A DNA stretch of 64,000 nucleotides, taken from positions 25,952 to 89,951 of the forward strand of contig JACQLS010000030.1 in the NCBI GenBank assembly GCA_016204005.1, in the 5' to 3' direction. Positions within the stretch are counted from its first letter, which is position 1; every line of letters starts with the position of its first letter. This DNA comes from Parcubacteria group bacterium (lineage in GTDB: Bacteria; Patescibacteriota; Minisyncoccia; Phycocordibacterales; UBA2135). The position numbers and the translations under genes are program-made. A model generated the notes under the pieces. The model saw only the letters and a list, made by a program, of their open reading frames with translations. It did not search any database and was not told the DNA's origin. Of the stretch, positions 62,517 to 64,000 are shown one piece after another.

Positions 62517-64000
62517 CTATTCCCAATGTGTTTCTTCGGTTGTGAGGTGCTTTGCGATGAGGGGATGTTCCGCGAGTACCGGGTCTTCATCGAGAAGCGC
62601 CGCGGCCTCCGCGCGCGCCGCTTCGACCATCTTTAAGTTTTGAATCGCTTCCATGCCGAGGTCCGAAATGCCCCACTGTTTTTTGCCTGAGAGTTCACCC
62701 GCGCCGCGTAATCGGAGATCGAGCTCCGCAAGTTCAAAGCCGTTGTTTGCGTCCCGGAGTGCGTGCAATCGCGCAAGCGCGGCCCCTTTTGTGTCGGGAA
62801 ATACATAACAATACGCTTGGTGCGTTGAGCGTAATACTCGGCCGCGAAGTTGATGGAGTTGCGCCAAACCAAACCGCTCCGCACCCTCAATAATGATGAC
62901 CGTCGCATTCGGCACGTTCACCCCAACCTCAATGACGGAAGTTGCCACGAGAATCTGAACCTCTTTGTTTAAAAACTTTTGCATTACATCCTCCCGCTCT
63001 TTCGACTTCATCTTGCTGTGGAGGATTTCTATTGCATATTCGGGAAATACATCTTTTTTAAGTCGTTTTGCCTCTTCCTTGACCGACTTTACCAAAAGGG
63101 CGCGCTCTTTCTCGGGGTCGGGTTCGTCGATGCGTGGGCAAATGACATAGACTTGTCGCCCTTCTTTAAGTTCCTCGCGCGCTTTTTCATACGCACCCGT
63201 TCTCTCTTGGGGAGGCACGATGTGCGTTGCGACAGGCTTTCTTCCCTTCGGCATCTCACTCAAGAGTGTTAAATCAAGGTCGCCGTAAATGGTGAGCGCA
63301 AGCGTGCGGGGAATTGGGGTTGCTGTCATAGAAAGAAGATGCGGCACCCGCTTGTCCTTTCGTACAAGTTCGAATCGTTGCATTGTTCCAAACCTGTGTT
63401 GCTCATCGATTACGACATATGCAAGGTCTTTGAACTTCACGTGTTTTTGAATAAGCGCATGGGTGCCGACCACGATAGGAATCTCGCCGTTCGCCACCCA
63501 CTTCAAGAGTTGGCTTCGCGAGATGCTCGTAGCATCACCCGGATGCACTTTTGATGGAAATTTGTAGCATCCACTTCCGGTAATGAGGCCTATTTGAATC
63601 GGTAAATGCGAGAAGAGGTCAATGAATGACGCGAAGTGTTGCCTTGCGAGGATCTCGGTTGGGGCCATAATGGCGGCCTGAAGATTGCCGAAGTCTTGGA
63701 GTTTACCTTCCGCATGGTCGAAGGGGCGTGACGTGACAATGGCGTGCGCGGTTATGGCCGCGACCGCCGTTTTGCCGGAACCAACATCTCCTTCGAGGAG
63801 TCGCGTCATCGGCTTCCCCTTGCAGAAGTCATCAAGGATTGCGTGGACAGCATCATTTTGTGAGTGCGTGAGCTCGAAAGGAAAGCGCTTCGTGAACTCG
63901 GCAGCGGCTTCATCCGCAACTTTCACTGGAAAGGTCTCATGCGTCTTGTATTCTTGCCGCGCCTTTTGTCTCGAAAGTTGTATGAAAAAGACCTCTTCAA
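62517..64000 (-). CDS. recG: ATP-dependent DNA helicase RecG (3' portion; ORF runs off the window edge)
   Basis: FPFELTHSQ, GDVGSGKTAVAAI (Walker A), VIDEQHRFG (DEQH), helicase C motifs. The minus-strand frame has no stop up to position 64000. Confidence 0.85.
   Translation of the reverse strand, partial: EEVFFIQLSRQKARQEYKTHETFPVKVADEAAAEFTKRFPFELTHSQNDAVHAILDDFCKGKPMTRLLEGDVGSGKTAVAAITAHAIVTSRPFDHAEGKLQDFGNLQAAIMAPTEILARQHFASFIDLFSHLPIQIGLITGSGCYKFPSKVHPGDATSISRSQLLKWVANGEIPIVVGTHALIQKHVKFKDLAYVVIDEQHRFGTMQRFELVRKDKRVPHLLSMTATPIPRTLALTIYGDLDLTLLSEMPKGRKPVATHIVPPQERTGAYEKAREELKEGRQVYVICPRIDEPDPEKERALLVKSVKEEAKRLKKDVFPEYAIEILHSKMKSKEREDVMQKFLNKEVQILVATSVIEVGVNVPNATVIIIEGAERFGLAQLHQLRGRVLRSTHQAYCYVFPDTKGAALARLHALRDANNGFELAELDLRLRGAGELSGKKQWGISDLGMEAIQNLKMVEAARAEAAALLDEDPVLAEHPLIAKHLTTEETHWE

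Noticed and set aside
1-64000. CRISPR arrays, rRNA genes, transposases/integrases
   Set aside because: No direct-repeat/spacer arrays, no rRNA-like conserved stretches and no recognisable transposase or integrase ORFs were found. The mobile-element evidence is limited to the att-like repeats at ssrA and possible MITE-like palindromes.

Overview
This 64-kb window reads as a core chromosomal segment of a small-genome bacterium, most consistent with Candidate Phyla Radiation / Patescibacteria. The supporting signs are an S10-spc ribosomal cluster with no rpmD (L30) between rpsE and rplO, ribosomal proteins carrying K/A/E- or G/R-rich extensions, few Shine-Dalgarno sequences, and a leaderless ftsH. 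Nearly all protein-coding ORFs are on the + strand. Recognised content, in order: a nucleotide-metabolism cluster (IDO-like protein, HldE-like cytidylyltransferase, dCMP-deaminase-like fusion, thyA, folA fused to a HIT domain), then argS, ileS (with an unusual inserted histidine-phosphatase domain) and recO. Next come rpmB, the str operon (rpsL-rpsG-fusA, two small unknown ORFs with their own promoter, tuf) and a contiguous S10-spc cluster from rpsJ to rplO-secY-adk-map. At map the conserved superoperon stops. In place of the usual infA-rpmJ-rpsM-rpsK-rpsD-rpoA-rplQ there is a roughly 7.4-kb block of accessory-looking genes. These are a soluble VirD4/TrwB-like P-loop ATPase, a large acidic LysM protein with glycine-zipper segments, a small ORF preceded by a heptamer array, a PRTase-like protein and an unknown protein, followed by ndk. 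Further on are a beta-CASP MBL nuclease, a LOG-family protein, infC-rpmI-rplT on the - strand, a P-loop-kinase/CYTH fusion, an M13 peptidase, and smpB. A tmRNA gene follows. Its 3' end is duplicated downstream both in inverted and in direct orientation, which looks like an integration/excision scar. After it comes a short stretch that looks compositionally atypical and contains hypothetical genes. The remainder holds kbl-tdh, a response regulator / membrane protein / histidine kinase trio, ald, ftsH, a tRNA with a UAU anticodon, corA, a secreted protein built from a novel four-cysteine repeat, a divergent clpP-like gene and the 3' part of recG, which runs off the window edge. No rRNA genes or CRISPR arrays were seen. 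All calls rest on reading the translated ORFs and the nucleotide sequence by eye; no database search was run.
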